NCBI GenBank assembly: GCA_951406725.2
Contig: OX597823.1
Location: 71,548,001 to 71,612,000 of the forward strand
DNA: 64,000 nt
From: Octopus vulgaris
Taxonomy: Eukaryota
Reading direction: 5' to 3'
Under the pieces are notes generated by a model, which ran no database searches, was not told where the DNA came from, and worked only from the letters and a program-made list of their open reading frames with translations. Positions 37,976 through 50,361 of the stretch are shown piece by piece (position 1 is the first letter of the stretch; each line of letters starts with the position of its first letter). Made by a program: the position numbers and the translations under genes.

Positions 37976-39635
37976 TATATATATATATATAAATGTACTG
38001 ATATGTAGGGTCAAGCATATAAAATGACATTTAATTAGGAACACTAATGTAGTGAAAAGAATATTAACTCAACGACTAATATTACTTTCATTCTTTCATT
38101 CAGGGAAAGTTTTGGTCTTCTTAGATCTCAATAGGTTGGCCAAACTCTTGGTACAAAAATTGTTCAGTAGAATTACAGTATTGTTATTATTGCTTAACTC
38201 CATGGTAGTGCTGAATGAATAGACTCGTAATTGAAAATACTTCCATCTTGACCTCAGAACAGTGCGCCCATAACCACATTATTGACTGCGTTATTCTTTT
38301 AAGATTTGAGGAATTTTGGTTGCTATTTCTAGTAGGTTGGGTGACCATGTTGAGGCATGATTATGTAGAGGCTGCCAATCCATAAAGCATATAAAATTAA
38401 TATATTTAAAAAGATAGAAAGACGAAGTTGAATGCTGTAAATAGTGATTTCCTCTTCTGTGAAGTCTATGATGAGGTTTAATAACACCAAAACATACCCA
38501 GATTTAATTAAAACAATATTAGTCATTGGACTAATGTTCTCTTCTCCTGACCACATTAGTGATTCTAATTAAATATGCTCCCATCTACTTAAATGTTGAT
38601 ATCATACTGAAGGTGCCACTGAGGATTTTAAGTGCAGTGTTTGGCTATAAAAAATAGAGCATAATTGTTGAAATTCTAATTTTACTGACTCTTAACTTCC
38701 TCTTTCGGTGGAATAGCTTCTCAATATTTACATACATTTCAGTGTAGAGATAAATATTGACAAATTTATCCTGAAAGATGAGATTAATAGTCACAAACGT
38801 TTGTGTATTTAACCTCAGCTTAGCTCTGATCAAGTAGCTGGTTGTCCATCTCAAATCATCTGCAACAAAATGCTGATTAACTGAACTGTTATAAAACATA
38901 TGGCTCTATGACATGTCTGTTTTGTATAATTTTTAGCATCAATACTGAGGTATTAGTCTCAGCCAAAAACTCCAATAATCCCTCACCTGTCACTGCCAAC
39001 AGTGAACCACCAGATGATCTAGAGGACTTTACATGTTGAGGGAGTCTCATCAGTAAAGTCAGTTGAACAAGATAGGACACCCCAATAAGGCTTACTTAAA
39101 GCTTGTGGGGGAAAATGCAAGACTTCAGAGAATCTGGAAATATATGTAATACATTGGATATTATTAAAGTAACACTAAATTTGTCTTGATGAATAGCACC
39201 ATATGCTGGCAAGTGATAAAATGAAACATGAATAAGATGAATGCTGTATATTTCAGGTTTTTTTATCTTTTATGGTGTGTCTAGGCTCATGCCCTCCAAA
39301 CTATTTATTCTTTGCTGGTTAGCAGCTACATAGGGGATTCTTCGAAGAAGAGGACTAGAAAGTTAATAAAGAATAATCCTTCATAGCAGAGAGTCAATAA
39401 TATTCAACTTGCTATATTCATCTATAAACAGAAGCTGGTAGATTCACTCATCTGACTAAATACATTACTAAACCTTTACTTTCTACAGACAGATGAATTA
39501 TAATAGAATTATAATATGAAATGTAATTGCTTAATTTTCAGAAGTAGTCAAGCTAAATAATAATTTAATAATTTTTCTGAGATTCTATGATATTGAATTG
39601 AATTTAGCAGAATATATCTGTTAATTTCAATAAAG

Positions 39636-39975
39636 GGTAAAGACCCCCTTCGGTCATGAATGACCATGGGATTGCACCTAGAAAGTTACCCTCCTAGACA
39701 CAAGTCCGGGCAAGGTTGTTTATGGAAGACCAGCAGTCACCCATGCATACCAGCCTCCCCTCTCCATGCCACCAGTGTTATCCAAGGGAAAGACAAAGGT
39801 CGATACAGCTTGGCACCAGTGACATCGCAACTCATTTCTACAGCTGAGTGAACTGGAGCAACGTGAAATAAAGTGCCTTGCTCAAGAACACAACACGCAG
39901 CCCGGTCCGGGATTCGAGCTCACAACCTCATGATCGTAAGCTCGACGCTCTAACCACTGAGCCATGCGCCTTCAC
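39636..39975 (-). mobile_element. tRNA-derived SINE family C, full length with TSD
   Basis: Minus strand GTGAAGGCGCATGGCTCAGTGGTTAGAGCG...CTCGAATCCCGG; TTAATTTCAATAAA on both sides. Confidence 0.9.
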
Positions 39976-40129
39976 TTAATTTCAATAAACAAATGTTAAT
40001 TTTACATTCTCTTTGTGCTTTGATTGCTGTTGTTTTAGTTAGGTTGTATAACAGCTGGTGAACGTTAACAAAGCCAACAATATCTTGTTGTCACTTGTTC
40101 TTCTTGATGAAAAGCTTATGTTGGTCACT

Positions 40130-40567
40130 ACTCTCTTTACTCTTTTACTTATTTCAGTTATTTGACTGTGGCCATGCTGGAGCACCGCCTTTAGTCGAGA
40201 AAATCGCCCCCAGGACTTATTCTTTGTAAGCCTAGTACTTTTGCTGAACCGCTAAGTTACAGGGACGTAAACAGACCAGCATCGGTTGTCAAGCAATGGT
40301 GGGGGGACAAACACAGACACACAAACATATGCACACACGCACGCACACACACACACATGCACACACACGCACACACACACATATATGTATTTATATATAC
40401 ACATATATACAATGGGCTTCTTTCAGTTTATGTCTACCAAATCCACTCACAAAGCCTTGGTCGGCCCGAGGCTATAGTAGAAGACACTTGTCCAAGGGCC
40501 ATAAAGTGGGACTGAACCCGGAACCATGTGGTTGGTAAGGAAACTACTTACCACACAGCCACTCCTA
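40130..40567 (-). mobile_element. SINE family A
   Basis: Reverse complement of family A. Confidence 0.9.
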
Positions 40568-42069
40568 TATTTAAATATACTTTGCCTTTCCAATGATCTT
40601 CTAAACTTAAATATATGATACTTTAACCTGTATAACAGAACTAGTTGGTCTTGTGCCTCCTCTGCTCAAATTCTCTCAACTCATTCCTCCTTCTCCTCCT
40701 CTCATGACTTCTGTCATGCCCACCGGAACTAATATTAACTAGTTTTCCCAGTCCTTTGTACTGATAAAATCATTCAACTAGAATTTCCTCTCTGCACACG
40801 TTTTTCATGCAATCAATCTCACCAGTCTTCAAGACTTAACGTAAGAACAGCAAAAAAAAAAAGAAAATTATAAATAAGACTGACAAAATATGGTAACTTT
40901 TCTTTATTAACTATAGATGAGTCATAACAAATAATATATTTTTTTGCACCAAATAAAAAAAAAGATAAGCGTTTTCAACTTTGAATTATATATATTTTTG
41001 TACAATACAGTATTTTTTTGTTGAGCAATGTATTATGTAATATATCAGGTTGTTTCAGCTCAATGCATTATTGATATGGCGTTTTTATCAGTGACTTTAG
41101 TAGTGTGAAATCTTGGAATTGGCAATGAACTTTGGTGCCTATGCTGTGTGTATTAAGTTAAAGTGATATTTCAAAATATTGACTTGCATCAAACGACGTT
41201 ACCATTAGCTGAAAATAAATATTTAATAACAAATAAAAAAGTGTTTAAACTACGTTTATCCAGTGATGTTAAAATTGAAAAATTAAAATTAAAACAAAAA
41301 CGAATCACTGATGAACCAGCCATTTAAAAGTAAAAACAAATTACTTCAGAGCATGTCAGCACTGTATTAAATTCTAATGATAGGTTAATGGGAGGCATAA
41401 ATATCAATAGATTTGTTTCCATTTCGCTCAAGATGAAATAAAATTATGAGATGCTGCCAAGTCTTGTATGTTATTGTCACTATTTTTAATTCGTAGGTTT
41501 TAATTTGTAATAACAATGATTAGCAATTTGAATTTTCCTAATTTAATAGTAGTTTAAAGGATAAGGCAATTTAGTTAATGAATTTTAGCTGAATAACATT
41601 TAGAGTCATGTACATTACTCTAATGATTGGAATTTTTAAAAGTAATACAAATTGGCTGTCCTGACCTACTTGTTATTCGAAAGCTAAAGCATTGAGAATA
41701 TGCATACAACAAACGATGAAGAAACAGGAGTATGAACACAAAACTACAGTTCTGGAACAGAATAAAGACAAATCATCAACAGTTGAATAAATTCTGATTT
41801 ATTTCAACTTGGAGTAATTTAGCATCTTCGGATTCAAATTATAGTTTACTTATGTCTGAATGTCAGTGTGGAAGAAATACATTCAACATGCAACATGTTA
41901 CATATATAACATGATATGAGAAACATAACTTCAGCTTTATCTGTTGAATTAATAAACTGAATATTCTAATAATGACCCTCCTAAAATACAACATGACATA
42001 TGATTCTTCATCAGAAACTTGTTAAAATAGATTATTTGACTGAAAAATGCAACAAAAATGTTTAGCTAT

Positions 42070-42231
42070 AGGCGCAGAAGTGGCTGTGTGGTAAGTAGCT
42101 TGCTTATCAACAACATGGTTCTGGGTTCAGTCCCACTGCATGGCACCTTGGGCAAGTGTCTTCTACTATAGCCTCGGCTTACCAAAGCCTTGTGAGTGGA
42201 TTTGGTAGATGGAAAGTGAAAGAAGCCTGTC

Positions 42232-42263
<32 letters not shown>

Positions 42264-42449
42264 TTCCCCCCCCCCAATTTTGCTTGACAACCAATGCTGG
42301 TGTGTTCACGTCACCTGTAACTTAGCGGTTCAGCAAAAGAGACTGATGGAATAAGTACTAGGCTTACAAAGTCCTGGGATCGATTTGCTCGACTAAAGGT
42401 GGTGCTCCAGCATGACCACAGTCAAATGACTGAAACAAGTAAAAGAGTA
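42070..42449 (+). mobile_element. SINE family A
   Basis: Colinear with family A. Confidence 0.9.
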
Positions 42450-42822
42450 TTAGTGAAGACAGCATGTGGAATTTCTCCAGATATTGAAATAAGCTGAGGG
42501 CAGGAAGTTATAAATTGATATCGCTGTAAATAGGACTTCAAAAAGTTATCAATTTATCAACTATTCCTCTTTAGAATAATAGTCGGTTGTTATAAGCAAT
42601 ACTTTTTGATCTTTATTGATATTTTGAAGCATGGAATTGGTTTGCTGCAAGTGATGCAAATAGTAAATAGTAACAATATAATAGCAATGAGAATGAATCA
42701 GATAACATGTGTCAATTTATATTGTGACGAAATAATATTCTTGAAATTTGTGGAAGTTAATGTACTGTATAATTTGTATTTAATTCGAATCGCTAACTAA
42801 ACAGAACTTATTCTATTTTCAG

Positions 42823-42957
42823 GTTCACTATGATTTTGGTCTGAGAAATATTTTGTCTGTATTGAGAATTCTTGGTTCAAGTAAAAGAGAAAACCAGCAA
42901 GACAGTGAAGCCACTATTGTAATGAGAGTTCTTAGAGACATGAACTTGTCAAAGCTG
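42823..42957 (+). CDS. DNAH5: Dynein heavy chain exon
   Basis: ttttcAG|GTT acceptor, GTGGGT donor; 135 nt. [45 protein letters not shown] continues directly from ...LTKQ. Absent from the ORF track. Confidence 0.95.
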
Positions 42958-43299
42958 GTGGGTTATTTCCGTATTGTCTTAAAATCCTTTTATTGTTTTC
43001 TGTAGCCATGCTGAGCACCACTTTTAGAAGTTTTAAGAGATTCTATTGAGTATAGCACTTATCTTGGTCTGGTAATTATTTTATTGACCAGTATTTGTAT
43101 GTAATTATAGTTATCTTTTCTACACAATACTGTTGGTGTTGTGACAAACATAAACGTAAACACAGAAACTGACATATACACACCAGAAAATAGTTCAGAA
43201 AGATGTCTCAGTTGAAAAGAAACAAAATGGTGAAGAAGTGGAGGTGAATTGCTTTCTGAGAAACTAAGAGTAGAGAGAGAAGGAAAGAAAGATAAATAA

Positions 43300-43342
<43 letters not shown>

Positions 43343-43649
43343 AAGTAAGTTAGGGGTTATGGGTGCAACCCACTAAGGGATAGTATTTATCCAATATACT
43401 GTTGGTGATTTTAATGATTTCAATAATTTATATTATGATTTTTATAATTTGTATTCTTATCTTATATGTATTGAATTATAAGATATATATGTATGATATT
43501 GGGGTTCTCATTTTATTAAATGAATAAATAATCCAACATTCTCATATCCGAAAGTTGATGAACAAACTAAATTTGTTTCTCCATTTTCTTATTTGTATAT
43601 ATATATATATATATATACATATATATGCATATACATACACATATATCAG

Positions 43650-43782
43650 CATCATCATTATCATCGATTAACGTCCGTTTTCTATGCTGGCATAAGTTGG
43701 ACGGTTCCACTGAGGTTTGGAGAGCCAGTGACTACACCAGGCTCCACTGTGGTCTGGCAGATTTCTACAGCTGGATGCCCTT
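43650..43782 (-). mobile_element. RTE 3' end fragment
   Basis: CATCATTATCATCGATTAACGTCCG...CAGCTGGATGCCCTT. Confidence 0.8.
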
Positions 43783-44079
43783 TCTAGAGAGAGTGGGGGT
43801 TAAGCAAGAGAGAGTAGGATAAAAATGGCTGTGTGCATTGGTGGTCATAGAATAAGAGATTAAGCACAAATATAAAAAAAAAAACTACTCTAACAGTTCT
43901 CATCTCTCCTTAGAATTGAACCCAGGCTAATGTAATCCATATCTTCCATTAACTCTGTGTTGTATGTAAGGGTTGGGTTTCCATCATCCATATAGTCCCA
44001 CTCAGGAAATGATAGGAGTACCATGCAACATTCTAATAATAATAATAATGATAATAATAATAATAATAATAACAATAAC

Positions 44080-44115
<36 letters not shown>

Positions 44116-44124
44116 TAATAATAG

Positions 44125-44328
44125 TGTTAATTGAGAAACAAAGCAGACGATGCTGGATCATAGATATATCAATTCCAGCTGACAACAAGATATGTGTTAA
44201 GGAAGAAAGAAAAGTCAATAGATATGACAGGTTAGCTTGGGAGGTTAAGTAGTTCTGGTCGATGAAAAAGGTGGTAGTAGTACCAATAATTGTTGGAGCC
44301 CTGGGAACTGTAAATAAAAATCTTGATG
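44125..44328 (+). mobile_element. R4/Dong-like LINE endonuclease fragment after a (TAA)n tract
   Basis: CWIIDISIPADNKICVKEERKVNRYDRLAWEVK*FWSMKKVVVVPIIVGALG. Confidence 0.75.
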
Positions 44329-44699
44329 GAAGAAATCATGGCTTCTGACCTTAACTGATTGGAAGTGTAATCATGTACATTGTTTTGCCTTGGTATAAAA
44401 GATGGGCTACAGCAAATATTCTGCTCAATACCACAAATTTGCTTGTCAGTTGTTTGACCTTAACCAGTTGAGCATGTCCCTTGGTGGATGGCAATAGGTG
44501 CATATCTGATCACAAGCAGAAGTAGCATCATAGCCATGTGTTGAGAGAAATTCTTTGGGGCTTGGATAATTCACCTCTGAAAACTCCCAACATAGTGATG
44601 GGGGAAATACTACTAAGCATTTTGTCCAGCGTGCTAATGATTCTGCCAGCTTGCCACCTTAATAATAATAATTATAATAATAATAGTAATAATACATTA

Positions 44700-44972
44700 G
44701 TTACTTTATTTACAATTGATAGATATTTGTCCTCATCTTGTTTGTTAACACAACATTTCGGTTGATACACCCTCCAGCCTTCATCAGGTGTCTTGGGGGA
44801 AATTTCGAACCTGGGTTCTCATTCCTAAGGTATTTTCGCTGTTGTTGTTGCTGTTGCTGCTGCTGTTGTTGTTGTTGTTGTTGTTAGTATTCAGGTCACT
44901 GCCTGGAATTGATCTTGGTTAGTAGCTTGCACTCTTAACCCGAAGATTCCAAGTTCGATTTCAGGCAGTGAT

Positions 44973-44979
<7 letters not shown>
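44700..44979 (-). mobile_element. tRNA-headed SINE-like element containing a hammerhead ribozyme, with inverted 5' end
   Basis: Minus strand GGTTAAGAGTGCAAGCTACTAACC...TCCAGGCAGTGACCTGAATA, then (AAC/AGC)n, then a hammerhead core. An inverted copy of the B-box part lies at 44935-44979. Confidence 0.65.
44747..44793 (-). ncRNA. Minimal type I hammerhead ribozyme motif
   Basis: Minus strand: acac CTGATGA A GGCTG gagggtgtat CAACC GAAA TGTT gtgt; stem I ACAC/GTGT. Confidence 0.7.
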
Positions 44980-45044
<65 letters not shown>

Positions 45045-45045
<1 letters not shown>

Positions 45046-46200
45046 GGGGAGAGGAATGATGCAATTAGAGCTGTGCTATAAGACCTCCACTGTAGGAATG
45101 AACAGGTACCTATCTAGTACAAAGGACTGGATGCTGCGACTTGTGTTCGAACACAAAAGCAGCAAAAAGCTGCATTCTATTGTCAAGGAAGCTTATAAGT
45201 TCGAAAGAGAACTAGACATTAACCTTGAATCAGATGAAGAGCTGGAAACCACTGCTACCAAGCAAGCAAAGCGAATCAAGCAAACTGCAAAAAAGAACGG
45301 GCAGAATCAAATTGAGAGGCGGTGGAGCCAGAAGAGAATGCATGGACAATATATTCTCCGAAGCCAAAATGCTGATGTAGACCAAGCAACAACCCATCAG
45401 TGGCTGAAGAGTTCAGGATTGAAGGCTTCATACTGGCAGCACAAGATCAAAGCTTGTTTACCAGAAATTACCAGGCTAACGTTCTCCGAAACGGTACTGA
45501 CCCTAAATGCAGATTCTGCGACACATTTGACGAAACAATAGACCATCTCGTTTCGGGATGTCCTGTGCTGACACCAAACGAATACAAAAATCGCCACGAT
45601 AAGGTAAGACAGTATATACATTGGAAGATATGTAAACACTACAAATTCGGCACTCCTACTAACTGGTATGAACACCATCCTCAGCCAGTTGTTGAAGGTA
45701 AAAATGTCACCATCCTCTGGAATTTTCCAGTCAACACTGTGACAGAACGATCAAGGCTAATCGACCAGACATAATTGTTAAAGACAGGGAAGAATATACC
45801 TGCAGACTAATAGAGGTAAGCGTCCCCACTGATAAAAATATATCTGTAAAGGAATTTGATAAACTTAGTAAATATAAGGACCTGGAAATCGAAATACAAA
45901 AGATGTGGAATCTTAAAACAAAAACTGTTCCTGTTATTGTAGGTGCCCTAGGTATGATAAAAAATGGATGTCAGAAACACCTAGACAATATTCCTGGAGA
46001 ACCATGTCTCAAGGAAATCCAAAAGATTGTGCTAACAAGTACTGCCCACATCCTTAGAAAAAGCCTATCAATGTAAATGTTTGTGTTGTATTACATGGAG
46101 ATATTTCTCTACTTCCCCTCCCCAAGCTTTCAGCTATATTTCAACAAGTGATTGCATCAAACATGCAGATTAAAAGTAAATGACAATAATAATAATAATA
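45045..46200 (+). mobile_element. R4/Dong-clade non-LTR retrotransposon, 5'-truncated (zinc knuckle + restriction-like endonuclease)
   Basis: GRG, MHGQY, AAQDQ, CRFC...ETIDHLVSGC (CCHC), RHD, NRPDII...IEVSVP, KLSKYKDL, VIVGALG; stop at 46074-46076; two frameshifts; (TAA)n on both sides. Confidence 0.9.
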
Positions 46201-46276
46201 TGGACTCAACCATGTTCTAAAATAAGTTGAGAAGTAAGCTACAATAAATTGGCATGAACTTTCCAGACAACCCAAT
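46200..46276 (-). mobile_element. Mariner left-end fragment
   Basis: Reverse complement of 33613-33690. Confidence 0.8.
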
Positions 46277-46516
46277 ATTTTTTCTTTGCTACATTCAAAT
46301 ACATTTACCGCCAACTTGCGTCACATATTTCACTTGTGTAATTTTTGTATGTATGCTTGGGTGTATGTGAGTGTGAGTGTGAATTCATTTCACATGCACA
46401 AATATCTTCCTCTTCATATATTTACTTGTAAACAAAATAATGTGCATGCAGTGTCCTAATGTCTCTTTTTTCAGAAATTGTTTAAACTTTTTTCTTTATG
46501 TGTGTGTATTGACTAG

Positions 46517-46624
46517 GTTGATGAAGATGAGCCACTATTTATGTCTTTGATTGATGATTTATTTCCTGGCATGAAACTTGAAAAAGCTGGTTATCCACAA
46601 ATAGAAGCTGCTATCTGTAAACAA
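46517..46624 (+). CDS. DNAH5: Dynein heavy chain exon
   Basis: ctAG|GTT acceptor, GTAAGA donor; 108 nt; [36 protein letters not shown]. Confidence 0.93.
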
Positions 46625-47015
46625 GTAAGACATGTTCAACATTGCCATTTACCGGAAGTGAAATAATCTGTTTTGTTGTCACCCATAGTTATATTCATCT
46701 TTGTGTCTCCTTTGCTGATTTATTTTTTTCCCTCACCATCAATCAATTTCCAATATTATTACCGTTCTGAATGCTATCTATTTTCTGATTACATAGAATG
46801 TCCTCTTTTATTGTCTACTGAAATAGAGTAGTGGTACAAAATTCTTTTTCTTTATAAATACAAATTAAGACACACAGAACAATGTGCATGAATAAAGAGA
46901 TAAATCATTGTGAGAGATTGAAATCTTGATCAAAAGGTTATGAGATAATTTTAATTTTAGATGTGAATAATTTCATAACAGCTGAAAGAAATTATAAATG
47001 GTAATATAAAGAATA

Positions 47016-47246
47016 GGCGGCGAGCTGGCAGAAACGTTAGCATGCCGGGCGAAATGCATAGCCATATTTCGTCAGCCGTTATGCTCTGAGTTCAAATTCC
47101 GCCGAGGTCGACTTTGCCTTTCATCCTTTCGGGGTCGATTAAATAAGTACCAGTTACGCACTGGGGTCGATATAATCGACTTAATCCCTTTGTCTGTCCT
47201 TGTTTGTCTTCTCTATGTTTAGCCTCTTGTGGGTAGTAAAGAAATA
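47016..47246 (+). mobile_element. SINE family B, full length
   Basis: 16-bp TSD GGTAATATAAAGAATA at 47000 and 47247. Confidence 0.92.
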
Positions 47247-47357
47247 GGTAATATAAAGAATAAAATAGCTTCTTACATTCAAAAAGGTATTTCTAATGAA
47301 AGGAATCTATGAAATGAGAATTTTCTGTATTATGCAGTATATATAATTCCATTTCAG

Positions 47358-47657
47358 GTTACTGATAATGGTTTAATAGTTCATCCCCCATGGATTTTGA
47401 AACTGGTGCAGTTATATGAAACACAAAGTGTACGGCATGGCATGATGACATTAGGACCATCAGGAAGTGGTAAAACCAAATGTATCCACATGTTACAGAA
47501 GGCCCTTACTGCATGTGGTTTCCCCCACAAAGAAATGAGAATGAATCCTAAAGCCATTACGGCTCCACAAATGTTTGGTAGGTTGGATGTTGCTACTAAT
47601 GACTGGACAGATGGAATTTTCTCAACCCTATGGAGAAAGACACTGAAATCCAAAAAG
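47358..47657 (+). CDS. DNAH5: Dynein heavy chain exon with AAA2 P-loop
   Basis: ttcAG|GTT acceptor, GTAAGT donor; 300 nt. [12 protein letters not shown]...[15 protein letters not shown] (Walker A)...[39 protein letters not shown]. Confidence 0.96.
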
Positions 47658-48014
47658 GTAAGTTTTCTTCATAATTTCTTAAGTGTTCATTATAAATTTG
47701 AGCTGTGTATATTTGACAATTTAATTAATAAGTATGAAGAAAACCAGAATTGTACATCACTGATGCAGGAATTATGCAAAAGAACCAGTTACACACTGCT
47801 ATAATCATCATTATCACTGCCACCGCTGCCATCATCATCACCAACACTACCGCCACCACCACCACCACCACCACCACCACCACCACCACCACCACCATCG
47901 ATATTGCTGCCATGACACTAACTGCAAATCATTAATGCCACCAATGTCACTGCTTTAGTGTCTGTTTTTTTTTTTTGTCTTTTTTTTCTGTACTGACTGG
48001 GATTATATGAATCT

Positions 48015-48281
48015 CCATCATCATCATCATCGTTTAGCGTCCGCTTTCCATGCTAGCATGGGTTGGATGGTTCAACTGGGGTCTGGAAAGCCAGAAGGCT
48101 GCGCCAGGCCCAGTCTGATCTGGCAGTGTTTCTACAGCTGGATGTCCTTCCTAATGCCAACCACTCCGTGAGTGTAGTGGGTGCTTTTTACGTGCCACCT
48201 GCACAGGTGCCAGACAAGGCTGGCATACGTCCATGATCGGATGGTGCTTTTTACGTGCCACTGGCACGGAGGCCAGTTGGA

Positions 48282-48282
<1 letters not shown>
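48015..48282 (-). mobile_element. RTE 3' end fragment
   Basis: Very similar to 29805-30015; two GTGCTTTTTACGTGCCA units. Confidence 0.88.
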
Positions 48283-48333
<51 letters not shown>

Positions 48334-49552
48334 TAATAATAATGAAATTATTGTATACAGTACTCAGGTGCACCACAACTTGTCAAAAGTGCATCTAAAG
48401 CATATGCAGTAATGTACAAATGTCTGGAAAGTAAAGAGTGTATGAGTCAGATACATGCTTGTGTGTGTATGGAGGGGAGAAAATCAGGTGTAGTGTTGGC
48501 GAATCTCAGGAAGCATGTAGTCAATCACAACATATCTTAATCTTCACTCTTCTTTTTCATGGCATACTAACTTACACTAACTTTTTCCGTTTTGTGGAGT
48601 TTCTTGCTCAGTATTAGCTAATGTAGATCGTCACGAATTTCTTCAGATTCTACTGCTTTAACTCTTCAGAAGAAAATTTTGTTGAGTATTTATTTCTGGA
48701 GTAAGAGTATGCAAGATATTTACAAGTATTACATTCTTAACATGTAATAGTCAAATTTACTCACATTTACACTGTCAAGGATTCTAAATCCTTTAAATGT
48801 GTTTTTTGGGAAAGAATATGCCATTTAACTTTAGCTAATCAGTTATAAAAATTAATAAAATTATTAGTCATGTAGCTCCTCTACAAAAGTATCTTATTCT
48901 GCTCTAGTCCCCTTCTCTCATACTTTAATCCCTTATCTTCTGAGTCTGAAGCTGCTCCCTAACGCTGGTCGTATGAAAAAAGCTTTCGGTACTTGCTGTG
49001 AAATGGTTGACATTAGGAAGAGCATCCAGCTGCAGAAACCATACCAAAACAAACACTGGAATTACAATCCTGTCTTAGGATGCAATGAGTTCTGTCAAAC
49101 CATCCCAACTCATGCTAACATAGAACATGGACTGGAACATGGATGTTAAATGATGAGAATAGAGAATAAAAAATTGTTAAATGTCTTGATATGATCAACC
49201 TTGTTATATCTGTGGTATCTTAAAAATCATATACCTAATATTATAAAGACAGCATTGAATTACAACAATGGAATTAGTACGTACACGTATTTATATTAAT
49301 CCTCTTTCATTAGTTTTTTAGTCATTAGATTGTATTCATTCCACACACTGCCTTCAAGCATTTTTAGCTGATTATATTGTTCCTATTGCTTTGTCCAGGA
49401 CATATTTTGTTCTTTTTACGCACAAAAATGCAAAGTGAGCTTTAGCGTAGGTTGATGGTGAGATGGTTTAATTGCAGGCTATTTCTGTTTGAGAGTATGG
49501 TATTTCTTCCTATGTTGATACACTCCCCACCTCACTCGCACACACACACACA

Positions 49553-49592
<40 letters not shown>

Positions 49593-50133
49593 CCCCTCCT
49601 CCTCCCGCCCTCTCTCTCTCTCACTCACAGATATTGTTGTAACTAGTGTTAGACAAGGTTGTGTCTTGTCTCCATTCCTCTTCAGTCTTATTAAAGCTTT
49701 AGACTGAGGTTGAGCAAGAACACAGACACATATGGGACTGATATTATGCATCATTTGTATTGTGCCAATGATATCAAGTTAATAGGAAAATTTCTTTATC
49801 TTTTATTGGATTGGGGCCATGCTGGGGTACTACTTTGAAGCACTTTTGGTAAACAAACCAACCCCAGACCTTCCATTTTTTTTAAAGTCTTGTAATTATT
49901 CTCTCAGCCTCTTTTGCCAAACTGCTAAGTTATGGTGATATAAGCATACCAACACAGGTTGTCATGCTGTAGGTGAGTGTAGGAGAGGTGGGTTGAGAAA
50001 TACAGACACAATGACATACCCACATAGAAATACATACATACATATATTAAATTTTGAGTTGGAAGAAGCTATAATAATGCAAACATTATCTAGAATGCAT
50101 AGTTAGTGTATCTGTTTGGCTTATATACCTATT

Positions 50134-50361
50134 TCTTTACTATCCACAAGGGGCTAAACACAGAAGGGACAAACAAGGACAGACAAACGGATTAAGTCGA
50201 TTATATCGACCCCAGTGCGTAACTGGTACTTAATTTATCGACCCCCAAAAGGATGAAAGGCAAAGTCGACCTCGGTGGAATTGGAACTCAGAACGTAGCG
50301 GCAGACGAAATACCGCTAAGCATTTCGTCCAGCACACTAACGATTCTGCAGCTCGCTGCCC
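50134..50361 (-). mobile_element. SINE family B, full length
   Basis: 20-bp TSD GTTTGGCTTATATACCTATT at 50114 and 50362. Confidence 0.92.

Noticed and set aside
39020-39060. Possible fifth hammerhead on the minus strand (CTTTACTGATGAGACTCCCTCAACATGTAAAG)
   Set aside because: GAAA core is missing and stem II is unconvincing. A similar case at 57410 also lacks GAAA.
39890-39975. Possible tRNA gene (also at 52412, 5500-5566 and other SINE heads)
   Set aside because: These are SINE heads continuous with SINE bodies, some with TSDs; no complete cloverleaf or terminator was seen.
40940-42060. Possible nested gene in the large intron
   Set aside because: Only short purine-rich open stretches with stops; no recognisable homology or convincing splice structure by eye.
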